This document shows positions 10,072-19,474 of a DNA stretch of 48,128 nucleotides, in pieces. The number at the start of each line of letters is the position of its first letter. The stretch's first letter is position 1. The notes beneath the pieces were generated by a model, which saw only the letters and a list, made by a program, of their open reading frames with translations, was not told the DNA's origin and did not search any database. The DNA comes from an uncultured Spirochaetota bacterium. Its GTDB lineage: Bacteria > Spirochaetota > Spirochaetia > SZUA-6 > Fen-1364. Position numbers and translations under genes: made by a program. The DNA lies in assembly GCA_963745235.1 (NCBI GenBank), contig CAVUXE010000081.1:1-48128 (forward strand), read 5' to 3'.

Positions 10072-10872
10072 ATGAGCGCCTCCAACTACTATAGCAAGAT
10101 CAAAGGCGAGTTGACCGATTTTGGAAAGAACGCTGTGGCGGACGTCGGCAGGATCATGACCTTAGTGCAAAGTCTGATGATTCCAGAAAAAGAAGTCATG
10201 AAAGTCGTTCAAGATATCTATATCGCCCATTATCAGGCAGTTAACGGAGTGGATGCGAATAAAGCACGCCAGAGTTGGGTTGCCGCCAGCGGGAACAACT
10301 TCGAAGACTTCATGCGCCACTTCATCAACGACAACCTTAACGCTGAGGGGATTCTTGCGGTAAAGGGCGATCGTTTGAGGCAAAAGCCGCAAGCAACTAA
10401 GATTGTTGAGTTTCTTACCCTCAAGGCAAATCGCCGTTGCACTCAAACAACAACCGGAGTCTGGCCTGATTCAGACATCGTGGTGCTGACGAAAGAAAAG
10501 ACAGGAGCTCTTAAGGCCTTCGCTCTTCTAAATTGCAAAACGAGCGATCATAGCAGAAACGACGCAGTCCTCTTTTGGGCATTAGCATTACGTGACAATA
10601 ATATAAAGTATTGTCTCTTAACCCAGGACCTCGACAAGCGATTCGCTAAAGGAGATTCTGATCCACAAGTCAGCAACCTTCGGAAAAAAGCAGAAGCATT
10701 TCTCGACAGAGTGTACTCCACCAATCCTACAACTACGGAATGTTCGCAGGTAAAGAGATTGGATTTCAGGACTCCGGGTGGGGCTGATTCCTTGTTAATG
10801 GATCTACGCCATTGGCGCCAGGATGTAGTACCCAATTTTGTATTGGAAACCTTGGAAGAGACATCACTTTAG
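10072..10872 (+). CDS. Type II restriction endonuclease, PD-(D/E)xK fold, BsaWI-like
   Basis: Directly follows the MTase. QSWxxxxGxxFE, PDSDIVV and NCKTS motifs recall the BsaWI family. Start placed at ATG 10072. Confidence 0.75.
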   Translation: MSASNYYSKIKGELTDFGKNAVADVGRIMTLVQSLMIPEKEVMKVVQDIYIAHYQAVNGVDANKARQSWVAASGNNFEDFMRHFINDNLNAEGILAVKGDRLRQKPQATKIVEFLTLKANRRCTQTTTGVWPDSDIVVLTKEKTGALKAFALLNCKTSDHSRNDAVLFWALALRDNNIKYCLLTQDLDKRFAKGDSDPQVSNLRKKAEAFLDRVYSTNPTTTECSQVKRLDFRTPGGADSLLMDLRHWRQDVVPNFVLETLEETSL

Positions 10873-10988
10873 CGAGCTTTAATGTTTTATCTCACCGAGC
10901 GAACCTGAATGTTCGCTCCCCTGCCCCCTTACCCGCTTTCTACCCTGAATCGCGGCACAGCTGGAAGGTCGCGCGAAAGGGCATTTTA

Positions 10989-11011
10989 ACAACCAATCAC
11001 AGATTGGTTGT
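10989..11011. promoter_or_regulatory. Perfect inverted repeat upstream of recombinase 2
   Basis: ACAACCAATC-ACA-GATTGGTTGT; function unknown. Confidence 0.45.
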
Positions 11012-11054
11012 ATACTTGGTTTACGATGAGCGGCTATGAGGAGGGGGCTGATTT

Positions 11055-12093
11055 TTGGCGGACAAGTTTGTTTCAAGTGCAGGGGGTGGTCTGGAGGGCC
11101 TTGGGCCCTCCAGGAGCGCTGGAGGCTCAGGCCTTGGGGGGCCCAAGGCCCCCCAAGCCTCCCGGACAGTAAAGAACCCTGCGGGACTTTATCTGGCGTC
11201 TCTGCTGCCCTCAGGACGCATAGTCATGGCAGGAGCCTTGAATATCATAGCGCGCGACTTCCTGGGCTTCAAGAATGCGCGGGAGGTTCCCTGGGCGCAG
11301 CTACGATACGAGCACGTGCAGGCCATCAGGACGAAGCTGGACGAACGCTACAAGCCCGCAACGGCCAACAGGTACTTGTCGGCAGTCAAGGGAGTGCTTC
11401 GCGAGGCTTGGCGGCTGGGGGAGTTCGCCGGAGAAGAGCTCGAGAAGGTAAGGGACGTACGATCGGTGCCGGGATCTGCGGTGCCGGCAGGCCGAGCTCT
11501 CAGCAAGGGCGAGCTCAAGTCTCTTATGGATGGATGCTCGGACGGAACGCCGGTGGGGATCCGCGACGCCGCGGTGATCGCTTTGGGCTACGGCGCGGGA
11601 CTGCGAAGAACTGAGATCTCGGGGCTCACTCTCGAGGATATTCGCACCGAGGGCGCTGGCATGGTCGTGAAGGTCATTGGGAAGGGAGCTAAGGAGCGCC
11701 TCGTGTACCTGGACAACGGAGCCATGGAGGCAATCGCGGACTACATCGAGGCACGAGGTCAGGAGCCAGGGGCATTGTTGTGGTCAGCGAGAAAGGGAGG
11801 TCGGCTCAATGAAGGCGCTGGCATGAGCGATGAGGCGGTGGCGGTGATATTGAAGAAGTGTGCGACTAGGGCTGGGGTGGGAAAGCTGTCGCCGCATGAC
11901 TTGAGGCGGAGTGCGGAGTTTCGTCAGCGATCTGTTGGATGCTGGGGTGGATATCGCCACGGTGGCAGCCATGGCGGGGCACTCGCGCGTGACAACCACT
12001 CAACGGTATGATCGACGGGGGGAAGAGGCAAAGCGGAAAGCGGCGGGGACTCTTCATGTGCCGTATACGAAAAGGATCAGAAAGAATGCTTGA
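11055..12093 (+). pseudogene. Tyrosine recombinase paralog, frameshifted by a 7-bp duplication
   Basis: Colinear with 7899-8906. GCGGAGT is duplicated at 11906-11919; the second frame continues [10 protein letters not shown]...AGH...[14 protein letters not shown]. Confidence 0.9.
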
Positions 12094-12332
12094 AAATCTG
12101 CGAGCAGCCTCCGTTACCCGTAACAACTCTAAAATCATCGCAGGAGGTCCAGCATCGCATGTCAAAAAAGAAGTTTCGGTTTGAACAGAAGCGACCATAT
12201 CGGTACAAGCGGCGCAGAGGAGGATAGTGAGTTTCTGACTGAGTGTTTCGTTGACACGGGTTATGTGTCGATCGCCCGGAAGGTCGACGGCGGGTTCACA
12301 CGTCGGGCCACTTCAAGAGGTACGGTACGGTC

Positions 12333-12944
12333 ATGAAGAGCTTGAAGAGTGCATCGCCTGTGATGGCGGTGACTTGCTGCCTTGTCGCCATTACTTCGTG
12401 CCGAGACGGTAGAGGTCCTCAGCCGGTGACAGGTCTCGGAGGAACCGTACTTGAGCAGCCGTCCAAGGCGGTGGACTTCACCCTTACTGACCAGCACGGT
12501 TCGACCTTCCGCATGGCCGACACAAGGGGCAAAGTTGTCCTGATGTCTTTTCTCCAAACGCATGGCGGAGACGCCGAGGCTACCGAGGTGAAGGCAGTTG
12601 ATGATCTGTTGGGCGCAGACATCGAGTACGTTGTGTTGGTGTCGGTGACTCTTGATCCAGAACGGGACACCCTTGCGGTGCTGGCCGCCTACAGCAAGCA
12701 GTTCGGGCTGTTCGACGTCTGGCATTTCGTTGACGGTTCGCCCAAGGATGTAAAGGCCGTGTGGTTTGACTATGGAGTCGCGGTTTCGGCTGATCCAGAA
12801 ACGCCATTCGGCAGCCATGACCTTGAGTACTACGCTCCGCTCTGCTTGATCGATAAGCGCGGATACATTCGAGCTTTCATGGACAGTGACGTGACTCCTG
12901 CGGAAATCGCGAGAGACATCCGCGTTCTCCTTGCGCTCAAGTAG
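12333..12944 (+). CDS. SCO-family lipoprotein lacking the copper ligands
   Basis: DFTLTDQ and VTLDPERDT motifs are present, but CxxxC reads THGGDAE and the aligned His is absent. Confidence 0.8.
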   Translation: MKSLKSASPVMAVTCCLVAITSCRDGRGPQPVTGLGGTVLEQPSKAVDFTLTDQHGSTFRMADTRGKVVLMSFLQTHGGDAEATEVKAVDDLLGADIEYVVLVSVTLDPERDTLAVLAAYSKQFGLFDVWHFVDGSPKDVKAVWFDYGVAVSADPETPFGSHDLEYYAPLCLIDKRGYIRAFMDSDVTPAEIARDIRVLLALK

Positions 12945-13151
12945 GTTAAATGAACGCGCTTTCACGTGTCCCTGGAGCGACCCCGCATCTCTCGCGCGTT
13001 TTGGCGGCTCCCGCAGCCAGGGCGGACGCGCCCTAACGGTTGCTGAACAAAAGCATCAGTGGTTTGAAAAATCATACTGGAAGCGAGACCGCTGAAGATT
13101 TTGCTCTCCTGTATTTCCAGCACTATCTTTCAAGTCAACGGAGGTCAACAA

Positions 13152-13871
13152 TTGAAGACGGCAAGGCTCATGATCGTATCAGCTCTTCTCTGTTGCGTTC
13201 TGATTCCAGCCTCTGCGACGGGCAGCAGGGAGGAGCAACCTGTTACCGGGCTCGTCAATAACATGGTGCAACAGCCACAACAGGCTGCCGATTTCACACT
13301 CACCGATCAGAACAATCAACCCTTTCACATGGCGGACCAAAGGGGCAAAGTGGTTCTGATGTGCTTCATCTACACCCACTGCACCGACATTTGCCCGTTC
13401 ATCGCGGCCAAGGTGAAAGAGGTCTACCAGCAGCTTGGGCCCGACGCGAAAAACGTGGTTCTTGTTGCAGTAACCACCGATCCCAAGAGAGATGTACCAG
13501 CGGTCACGCTGCCGTATAGCAAGGCGCTTGGATTGGACGATGTGTGGCATTTCGTGGGAGGCCCTGCGAAGGCGGTTCAGGCGGTATGGGCAAGCTATGC
13601 GATCGGGGTGACGGTTGATCCTGACACCGACGCCGTGGCGCCGCCGAAGGGCGCGATGGATATGGACAAGCCGCCGACGCAGGGTTTGAGTTCAGATGAC
13701 CTTTCCCTTGTGGGAAAAATTGTTCAGCAGTTTGGTGGGGGTTACGACGTTGGTCATTCAGCGCCTTTCTGGATTGTGGACAAGAAGGGCTGGATTCGCG
13801 TCGGGATGGATGCGGATGCAACGCCTGCTGATATCGTGACGAACGTGAGGGTGTTGCTGAACCTCAAGTAG
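13152..13871 (+). CDS. SCO-family copper chaperone
   Basis: YTHCTDICP and GHSAPF motifs; TTG start behind GGAGG; exported N-terminus. Confidence 0.9.
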   Translation: MKTARLMIVSALLCCVLIPASATGSREEQPVTGLVNNMVQQPQQAADFTLTDQNNQPFHMADQRGKVVLMCFIYTHCTDICPFIAAKVKEVYQQLGPDAKNVVLVAVTTDPKRDVPAVTLPYSKALGLDDVWHFVGGPAKAVQAVWASYAIGVTVDPDTDAVAPPKGAMDMDKPPTQGLSSDDLSLVGKIVQQFGGGYDVGHSAPFWIVDKKGWIRVGMDADATPADIVTNVRVLLNLK

Positions 13872-14266
13872 TTGCGACGATTGGCTGCGCCGCGGCAACT
13901 TCGCTCAGTCAGAGCTCAACTCGCAGAGTTTACAGAAGCCGAAGTGGCCAAGGCTTAAGAGAGAGTTCAGAGAAGATGTCTCGATAGGATAAGTCATTCG
14001 ACAGGAAGACCGAAGGCATTTTATGAGAACTTCTTCGATGTCCCGCCGGCGCCAACGAAGGAGACGCCTTTTTCTTTCACGATCCACAACATCGGGATAT
14101 ATTTCTCACGAATACCCCCAAGTGCTATTGGAGGCAGTAGAATTGATCGCATCAAGGAGTGTGAAAAGAAACACGGCAAATCTCCTAAAACGTGTCTACA
14201 GAGCCCTGTTGAAAGGCTATTATCTTTAACATGACGAGCACGACGACAACGGTGAGGTGAACGGAG

Positions 14267-15079
14267 ATGTGTGAACGGAAAGTGATCGGCGTTTCCCTTT
14301 TGTTTTTCGCTTTCATCCTGTTGACCACATGTCAGCTGCAGCTCAACAAAGCCGGCAATGGGTTTACCCTACGAGTATTAATTCCGGGAAACGCTTCCGA
14401 CGGAATAAAAAGTACCCCCACCCTTGCCTCGAACGCGAAGGACCTGTCGGGTGGGACTAGCGTTACGGTGACGATCATCACCCAAACGGGTTCAACGTGG
14501 GCAAGCTCCGGGCTTATCTCCATAGGTGGAAAAACCAGTGTCGATTACTCAGTTGTCTTGCCGCCGCCAGGCGTGTATCAAGTCTCCGCACAGTTGCTAG
14601 ATGGATCGGGGAATGTTATTTCCCAGGCGTCAACCACGTTTACCGTGCCGTCGCAAACAAACCTTGTGGTTCTCACCATGACATCGGCCGCTCCTTTGGG
14701 GGGAGGGATTCAGCTTGCATGGTCAGCAAGTATCTCGGGCCCCTTTACGGCAATAACAAATGGTGACTATTCGGTTCCCTACTCGAACGTGTATTCTGAC
14801 AACACTTGGCCTCAAATTTACTATTACCAGATCACTAACACCTCTTCTACAGAATCGCTGGGCGTGGGGCCCGCAACAGTCACAAACAACACGGGGTCCG
14901 TCTTTTCTGTTAACGTCCCCCCTACATCACCAGTCCCCCCGAGTGGGACAGAGATTTTTGAAGTTCAGGCCGTCTACGAAGGTGGGAACACCTACACAGA
15001 GACGGTCACGCTAAAAACAACATCGACGAACCCGCCTGATCAGACCTTCACTTTCACGGTTACTGACTTCCAAAGCTGA
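14267..15079 (+). CDS. Lipoprotein type B: conserved N-domain plus ASH/choice-of-anchor-D-like Ig domain
   Basis: Signal ending LTTC; Ser/Thr-rich beta protein. The first ~140 aa are homologous to 18010-18735 and 37437-38198. Confidence 0.8.
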   Translation: MCERKVIGVSLLFFAFILLTTCQLQLNKAGNGFTLRVLIPGNASDGIKSTPTLASNAKDLSGGTSVTVTIITQTGSTWASSGLISIGGKTSVDYSVVLPPPGVYQVSAQLLDGSGNVISQASTTFTVPSQTNLVVLTMTSAAPLGGGIQLAWSASISGPFTAITNGDYSVPYSNVYSDNTWPQIYYYQITNTSSTESLGVGPATVTNNTGSVFSVNVPPTSPVPPSGTEIFEVQAVYEGGNTYTETVTLKTTSTNPPDQTFTFTVTDFQS

Positions 15080-15086
15080 GCTTCTT

Positions 15087-16877
15087 GTGGCGATACCGGA
15101 TGAGAGTCGCGACGCCGAGCAGTTCATTGCCGCAGGCATTGAAATACAGCCTGCGGCAAGCGGCATGACTTGGGCGATCAACAAACGCGCAGGCACCATC
15201 GAACTTTTGGATGACTCCGCTGCAGTCTTGCTACAGTACCTGGATCGCTGGCGTTCGCTGCAGAGCCATGTTGCTGCAGTCGCTGAGGCTGGGGTGGGAG
15301 GCCAGGCGAGCGGAATGATCGAAGAGCTTATTGTGGAACTTTTGCATCGCGGTCTTCTCATTTCTCGCTCCCAATTCACTGACGCCTTGCGATCAAGCAC
15401 TAGACCTACAGTCTCGCCTGCAATCAACGTGATGTCATGGTGTACTAAAGATCGCCCCGCCGAGCTCGCCCACAGCATGGAAAGCTTCCTCAGCAGCGCC
15501 GCGCGTCATGGTCATGCGCCGCAGATTCTGGTTTGCGATGATTCGCGAGATCAAGCAGTGCAGGAGAAAAATCGATCGACTGTTGCGAAGGCAGGACGGG
15601 AACATGGGCTCACAACCCGCTATCTCGGATTGAAGGAAAAACAGTACATCGCCAGTGAGCTTCTTTCCCGTAATAGCGATATTCCTCCGGAGATTCTTGA
15701 GTTTGCACTCTTTGGTCTCCGAGGCTTTTCGGACACCACGGGCGCAAACCATAATGCCATGCTTTTGGCCACCCGGGGACAGATCGTGTTCAACACCGAC
15801 GATGACACCCTCTGTGAGTTTGCCAGGAGCCCGGACGCGGAAGCGCAGGGCTTTGAGTTGTCCTCTGCGCCCGATCCCACGGTGTCCTCCTTTTATCTGG
15901 ACTCGACTTCCTTCGCTGAAGGAGTCGCGTTCGAAGATTCGGACATTCTATCCACCCAGGCCGCGCTAATAGGAGGCATCAGCAGCGATCGTTTCCCGTC
16001 CGCCCCGCGCATCGACGCCATGACAGCACAGTTCGTGCATCGGCTCATGAATCGGACCTGCAGAGTTGCAGCAGTGGCCTGCGGAGTCGGCGGCGACTGT
16101 GGTCTCTGGGATCCCCGTTTTCTGCTGCGACTGACGACAGGCTCCCGCGACAGGCTCATTCAGTCAGAAGCTACTTACTACGCCGCATCGAGCAACCGGC
16201 TCCTCCTGCGCGTTGTGCCGCGCGCCACGGTGAGCAGCAGCACGTTCTTTCAGGCTATGTGCGTTACCCTTGACAACAGCCTGCTCTTGCCGCCTTTCTT
16301 TCCTGTTGGACGCGGCTTCGACGGCATCTTTCCCCAGACGATGCGTACGCTCCTGCCTGATCTTTTCATCGCACATGTCCCTCTGGCTGTGAGGCACGAG
16401 CCGCCTACACTGCGGCAATTTGAGCCCGGCTCCATCCGACGGATGACGTTCCGATTTTCTGAGCTTATCAACCTCGTTCTGGCCGATCGCGCGGCCCACG
16501 TGAGCCTTGCTTCCGCGGCTGACGCCCTTGAGGACGCCGGCCGATTTTTGGAAGAACTCGCATCCCTTCCAAGCGGGGATTACCTTGCATACGTCAGGAG
16601 TCGCTACCTCGCGCACCTCAGCCGTTATATCGCGGACCTTGAGACTCTATTGGCCGAACACAAGGCCCGCCCTAGGTTCTGGGCCGAGGATGTTGAGAGC
16701 CTCCTGGAGACCCTGGTTAAGCTACCTACGCGCGAGGATTTCTGTATTCCATTAGACCTGAAGAACGGGCGAAACGACGAGGAAGTGCTGACACTTGCCC
16801 GCCAGCTCACCGACCGATTCGGCGGGCTGCTTTCAGTCTGGCCAGAAATGCTCGAAGCTGCAGCACACATCCTTTAA
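15087..16877 (+). CDS. GT-A-fold glycosyltransferase-like protein with PqqD/RRE-like N-terminus (596 aa)
   Basis: CTKDRP, VCDDS, GANHN and TDDD motifs; paralog of 35601-37430; no signal peptide. Confidence 0.7.
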   Translation: MAIPDESRDAEQFIAAGIEIQPAASGMTWAINKRAGTIELLDDSAAVLLQYLDRWRSLQSHVAAVAEAGVGGQASGMIEELIVELLHRGLLISRSQFTDALRSSTRPTVSPAINVMSWCTKDRPAELAHSMESFLSSAARHGHAPQILVCDDSRDQAVQEKNRSTVAKAGREHGLTTRYLGLKEKQYIASELLSRNSDIPPEILEFALFGLRGFSDTTGANHNAMLLATRGQIVFNTDDDTLCEFARSPDAEAQGFELSSAPDPTVSSFYLDSTSFAEGVAFEDSDILSTQAALIGGISSDRFPSAPRIDAMTAQFVHRLMNRTCRVAAVACGVGGDCGLWDPRFLLRLTTGSRDRLIQSEATYYAASSNRLLLRVVPRATVSSSTFFQAMCVTLDNSLLLPPFFPVGRGFDGIFPQTMRTLLPDLFIAHVPLAVRHEPPTLRQFEPGSIRRMTFRFSELINLVLADRAAHVSLASAADALEDAGRFLEELASLPSGDYLAYVRSRYLAHLSRYIADLETLLAEHKARPRFWAEDVESLLETLVKLPTREDFCIPLDLKNGRNDEEVLTLARQLTDRFGGLLSVWPEMLEAAAHIL

Positions 16878-16907
16878 ACGTCAGCACATCAATCGACAGA
16901 ACCGGGC

Positions 16908-17972
16908 TTATCGGTTCTCCTGAGCACTCCACACATGGCTCTCCGATAAGTCGGTGTCATCACCGTCACTGCCGCTAATCAAGGCCTCCGGTTCTCCTCT
17001 AATTTTTGGCTCAGCCCCCGGATGCGGTCTTCTATCGCGCCAAGTCACGAAGCGAATCAGTTTTGAGAACTTCCGCACTCCGCGAAAAAGCAGGCTCCTC
17101 CTCTCCACTTTTTTGTACTTCTGCGCGATCAGCGGGTCTATGTAGATAAAGGGAGGGAGGCGAAGCTCGTTCTTGCAGCTTAGAGTCGGATGAAAATACC
17201 GTGCAGAGAACCTCATATGGATCCCTGAGCCATCAGCGCCCATGTTGTTCACAAGGGATTCGACCGGAACAAGGCAGACGGCGTTGTGAATGAACTGGGT
17301 GTAAGTCCACCGGATGGCCCAGGAATCGACTTGACCGTGCATCTGCGCATCCAGCATGCCCGGCAGGTCAAGCCCACTTTCCCGAAATGAGCGCTTCCAC
17401 GACTCGTTCTTGCTCAGGGAAGCATAGTCACGGATTTGCCAGTCAGCCTTTTCCCATCTGTCCCGCCAGGTTCCCCACCCCCAGCACATGTGTCGCGAAA
17501 CGAAAAATGCGTCGTAGGGATATCCGGCGGGGATGCGGAAAACCCTTTGAGGGTAATTGTACCCGCTGATGCTGAAGACCCCTGGTGCCGATCGGTAGAG
17601 GTCAAGGGCTCGGTTCATGTAGCGAAGGAATGTTGGTGACACGACCAGGTCATCCTCGACTACAACAACCTGCTCATGGCGTTTGAGGACCTGTGTGATG
17701 CCATCGATGATGTTTCCTGAAAGCCCCCAGTGATGATCTCTTTCGACGATGTGCACCTTGAGAAACCCGGAAGTCGCTCGAGAAGCTATCCGCCTAACTT
17801 CCTCGACGAGGAGAATGTCCACCCCATCCCGGGGGCCGTCCAGGAAACAATAAAGAGTTGTCCTTGAAGATTCGGCGTTCTTGTGCAGGCCGGAGATGCA
17901 TTCTTCGAGATGATGAGGGCGATTATAAGCAAACAGGGCAATTGAAGGGTCCCCGTTGATAGGCATTCTCAC
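16908..17972 (-). CDS. Glycosyltransferase (GT-A, family 2-like)
   Basis: IALFAYNRP, FLDG, VVEDD, CWGWGTW and NxGxDGSG motifs. Confidence 0.88.
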   Translation of the reverse strand: MRMPINGDPSIALFAYNRPHHLEECISGLHKNAESSRTTLYCFLDGPRDGVDILLVEEVRRIASRATSGFLKVHIVERDHHWGLSGNIIDGITQVLKRHEQVVVVEDDLVVSPTFLRYMNRALDLYRSAPGVFSISGYNYPQRVFRIPAGYPYDAFFVSRHMCWGWGTWRDRWEKADWQIRDYASLSKNESWKRSFRESGLDLPGMLDAQMHGQVDSWAIRWTYTQFIHNAVCLVPVESLVNNMGADGSGIHMRFSARYFHPTLSCKNELRLPPFIYIDPLIAQKYKKVERRSLLFRGVRKFSKLIRFVTWRDRRPHPGAEPKIRGEPEALISGSDGDDTDLSESHVWSAQENR

Positions 17973-18009
17973 AGGGCCCGGCTCTCAACCGCCGCCCGCA
18001 AAGCTAGTT

Positions 18010-18735
18010 TTATCCTCCATTCGGCTGATAGGTGTAGGTCGACGAAGTGGTCCCATCTGCCGACGTCACCACGATGACTACTGGGTAATTGGTGGCTGGG
18101 ATCGTGTATAAGCCGGCAGCAGGTGAAATAACAGTTCCGTTTTGTATCACAGTGATCGACGCGCTTGGATCCACGGCACTCACCGTCAAGTAAATCGGAA
18201 ATAAGTAGGTACTCGTAGTGTAGGGGCCGTATGCCACGGGAGTGAATGGTGGGTTCATTGGATATTGGAGGCCCGTAGAGTCGGTAACGACCATCGTGTA
18301 CAAATTCGACGGCATGGTCAGCACCACTGGATTGGTTTGCGTTGGCACCGTAAAAGAGGTAGGCCCTGCTTGAGACAGAAGGTTCCCAGATGCATCCATT
18401 AGCTGAGCCGAGGCCTGATAGGCACCTGGCGGCGGCAATGGAACCGTGAAATTGACGCTAGTTTTTCCACCCGTGGCAATGGGCTCGGAGTTCGCCCACG
18501 GCACACCTGCCTGGGTCTGGATCGCCACCTGAACGCTTGCCCCGCTTGGACCAGCGACGTCTTTGGCGCTAGCAGCATTATTAGCGCCAACACTTCGTGC
18601 TCCACTGGAGATGCTTCCCGGGACAATAACGTGCAGCGCAAGGCCCTTGGATTGATTCAGCTGCAGCTGGCAGGTGGTCAAAACGCTGAAGGCCAAGAGC
18701 AGCAGGAAAGCTCCGATTACCCTTTGTCTATTCAC
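18010..18735 (-). CDS. Lipoprotein type A: conserved N-domain plus cadherin-like beta-sandwich
   Basis: Signal ending LTTC; C-terminal DPSASITV...VVTSADGTTSSTYT pattern. Confidence 0.8.
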   Translation of the reverse strand: MNRQRVIGAFLLLLAFSVLTTCQLQLNQSKGLALHVIVPGSISSGARSVGANNAASAKDVAGPSGASVQVAIQTQAGVPWANSEPIATGGKTSVNFTVPLPPPGAYQASAQLMDASGNLLSQAGPTSFTVPTQTNPVVLTMPSNLYTMVVTDSTGLQYPMNPPFTPVAYGPYTTSTYLFPIYLTVSAVDPSASITVIQNGTVISPAAGLYTIPATNYPVVIVVTSADGTTSSTYTYQPNGG

Positions 18736-18736
18736 C

Positions 18737-19462
18737 TCAGTTTACCGTCACTGTCATCGTCGCAAGCCCTGCCGCAGCGGGAAGAACATTCGGCGGCGTC
18801 AAGTTATCCGTGTAGGCGCCCAAGGTCCAACCGCCTTCATGAGAGCTCGCCCACCACAAAAGGTCGCTTGGGATCCAACCGCTTGAGGAGTGCTGCGTAA
18901 TAATCTGATCTGGCAACCTGAGGTGGCCACTGTCACCAACGGCTCCAAACATCCCCGGCCCCACGCTGATTTCCTGGCCCGTCGCGTTACTGACAAGGTA
19001 AACGTGACCGCTTATTCCTTCCGCCTGATCCTCGACATCGACGCCAAAATTGAACTCTGTCCCACGAACGGCAGCTGTCGCAATAGGCCCAACGACCGTA
19101 AAGTCATTCTTTTCCCCAGACCCTGCTTTCACCGCGGCGTTTATCCTCCCCACCCGCAGGGTCAGTGCCGTGACGTTTGTCGTGTCCTTTTTGACCAGCT
19201 CTCGAAGAAGCATCCGCGTCAAAGGCTGGATTGTGATTTCCGTTTGGCCAAGCTCCAGGGTAAGCCGGGAGGAGAACCCGGTGGATACCGTTGCTCCCTG
19301 GGATACGATCATGTTCAGCTGGACTGGCTGCCAGTCCTGGTCCGGCTGTTTCACCTCGACTTTCCCTGAGAACTGCTTGACAACCGCCTGCAGCTGTTGC
19401 GCCGAAGCTGCCATCGGGAAGAGTAGGAAAAGCGTCAGCAGGAACAAAGACACTTTGCGCAT
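18737..19462 (-). CDS. Exported FecR-domain protein with Trp-rich tail
   Basis: Signal peptide (AASA/Q) and FecR signature ATAAVRGTEF. Confidence 0.85.
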   Translation of the reverse strand: MRKVSLFLLTLFLLFPMAASAQQLQAVVKQFSGKVEVKQPDQDWQPVQLNMIVSQGATVSTGFSSRLTLELGQTEITIQPLTRMLLRELVKKDTTNVTALTLRVGRINAAVKAGSGEKNDFTVVGPIATAAVRGTEFNFGVDVEDQAEGISGHVYLVSNATGQEISVGPGMFGAVGDSGHLRLPDQIITQHSSSGWIPSDLLWWASSHEGGWTLGAYTDNLTPPNVLPAAAGLATMTVTVN

Positions 19463-19474
19463 GTACCACCCTCC

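Larger units (their letters stand above)
7899..12093 (+). mobile_element. Recombinase-bracketed restriction-modification island
   Basis: Two paralogous recombinases in direct orientation flank an MTase-REase pair. The ends are not defined. Confidence 0.4.

Noticed and set aside
13900-14229. Possible gene remnant ending ...RVYRALLKGYYL
   Set aside because: The frames are broken and I recognise no family motif.
18737-19462. Classical FecIRA iron-signalling system
   Set aside because: There is no ECF sigma, TonB box or plug domain, and the FecR protein has a cleavable-type signal rather than an anti-sigma layout.
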